Assembly (NCBI GenBank): GCA_963575745.1
Contig: CAUYUJ010000307.1
Coordinates: 1-64,000, forward strand
DNA length: 64,000 bases
Source: Prorocentrum cordatum
Lineage: Eukaryota
Reading direction: 5' to 3'
The position numbers and the translations under genes were made by a program. A model generated the notes under the pieces. The model made no database searches. It saw only the letters and a program-made list of their open reading frames with translations, and was not told the DNA's origin. Below are positions 62,575-64,000 of the stretch, piece after piece. The first letter of the stretch is position 1. Each line of letters starts with the position of its first letter.

Positions 62575-62747
62575 CCCCCCTGCGGCTCGTCAGTGCGCTC
62601 ACTCATACAGAGAGGGTCCCTGACTTAAGTCTGTCCCCGCGACAGTGCCCGAGTCTGTTTCCCATACAAATCGGACTGTCGCGGGGACAGACTTTGGTCA
62701 GGGACCCTATTTGTATAGAGTGAGCGCACTGACGAGCCGCAGGGGGG
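62575..62747. repeat. Large imperfect palindrome at the switch point between opposite repeat arrays
   Basis: ~75-bp arms (GCGGCTCGTCAGTGCGCTCACTC...AGGGTCCCTGAC...AAGTCTGTCCCCGCGACAGT) around an ~18-nt loop GTCTGTTTCCCATACAAA. Confidence 0.9.
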
Positions 62748-63835
62748 TCACTGACGAGCTCCAGGGGGGTCACTGACGAGCCCCAGGGGGGGTCACTGAC
62801 GAGCTCCAGGGGGGGACTCTGACGAGCTCCAGGGGGGTCTCTGACGAGCTCCAGGGGGGTCACTGACGAGGGGGGTCTCTGACGAGCTCCAGGGGGGCCT
62901 CTGACGAGCCCCAGGGGGTCACTGACGAGCTCCAGGGGGGTCTCTGACGAGCTCCAGGGGGGTCTCTGACGAGCTCCAGGGGGGGTCTCTGACGAGCCCC
63001 AGGGGGGTCGCTGACGAGCTCCAGGGGGGTCACTGACGAGCCCCAGAGGGGGTCACTGACGAGCGCCAGGGGGGTCTCTGACGAGCTCCAGGGGGTCTCT
63101 GACGAGCTCGAGGGGGGTCTCTGACGAGCCCCAGGGGGGTCTCTGACGAGCTCCAGGGGGGGTCTCTGACGAGCTCCCAGGGGGTCTCTGACGAGCTCCA
63201 GGGGGTCTCTGACGAGCCCCAGGGGGGTCACTGACGAGCCCCAGGGGGGGGGTCACTGACGAGCTCCAGGGGGTCTCTGACGAGCTCAGGGGGGTTCGCT
63301 GACGAGCTCCAGGGTGGTCTCTGACGAGCTCTGGGGGGGGTCACTGACGCTCTCCAGGGTGGTCACAGACGAGCCCTCGGGGGGTCTCTGACGAGCTCCA
63401 GGGGGGGCACTGACGAGCCCTGCATGGGGTCCCTGACGAGCCCAGGAGGGGTGTCTGACGGGTCCCAGGGGGGGGATCAACCCCAGGAGTGGGGTGCGTC
63501 TCAGTGTCTCTGAGGAGCCAGGGGGCGGGTCGCTGAAGAACGTGGCGGGGGGGGGGCTGTGATCGATCGTGATGGCTGGAGTCACTGTCCACTGGTGCGC
63601 CGCATGCGGCGCACTCCCAGGGGAGGGGGGAGGGTACCTGGCGGGCACAGTGGGATGCCCTGGGGGGGGGGGGGGGCACTGACGAGCGCCAGAGGGCGAG
63701 ACAGATTGGGGGGGATACACCGACGAGACAACGGAGTCCGACGAACCCCAGGGCGGTCGAGGGGTTCGCTGATCAGTGGAGCTCCATGCTGACGAGCCGA
63801 GCCCCGATGGGTCACTGACGAGCCCCAGGGGGAGG
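62720..63835 (+). repeat. Array of ~20-22-bp GGGGGGTC(A/T)CTGACGAGCTCCA units (probable subterminal array of a neighbouring element copy)
   Basis: More than 25 tandem units in the same orientation as the 43640-43755 array. Confidence 0.9.
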
Positions 63836-64000
63836 CGCATTGACGATTTCCCAGGTGGGGTGACGGTCAAGGCGGTGGACGGGTCGCGGACCACTGTCCC
63901 GTGGGGCATTGGTGAGTCCCTGGGTCGCGCGGATTCTATACCTTAACGCTCTCAGCTGCCAGTCCTGGCCTTGGAGTATTGTCCCTCCCACCCCCGCTGT

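Larger units (their letters stand above)
43575..62652 (+). mobile_element. Putative ~19-kb autonomous cut-and-paste DNA transposon with inverted subterminal repeat arrays
   Basis: Left array GGGGGTCACTGACGAGC (43640-43755); right array GCTCGTCAGTGACCCCC (~61330-62595); encloses a spliced DDE transposase; exact ends and TSD unresolved. Confidence 0.65.

Noticed and set aside
62720..63420. Regular 20-22-bp array as CRISPR
   Set aside because: Units are directly tandem with no unique spacers

Overview
Eukaryotic, GC-rich, very repeat-dense DNA, most likely from a dinoflagellate. This is inferred from a relic dinoflagellate spliced leader, GT/GC/GA splice donors with AG|G acceptors, and GAG/GAT/GCTGAG microsatellites; the style is Prorocentrum-like. 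Most ORFs in the supplied track are microsatellite or satellite artefacts. Real content: (1) an intronless ~1,030-aa secreted Cys-rich/EF-hand/GDPH(VWD-like) gene at 14909-18013, preceded by a relic spliced leader (probable retrogene); (2) a putative ~19-kb DNA transposon (~43.6-62.65 kb) bounded by oppositely oriented GGGGGTCACTGACGAGC repeat arrays. It carries a phase-consistent, about 17-exon DDE transposase gene of the CxxH clade (hAT/P/MULE-like) with an HMG-box-like segment and a C-terminal Cys/His module, plus two accessory ORFs, and ends in a palindromic junction with a second terminus; (3) relics of a PIF1-type helicase and a DIRS-type RT/RNase H; (4) a TA-flanked MITE nested in a satellite, several long hairpins, segmental duplications and dispersed repeats. 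All calls are by eye; no searches were run.
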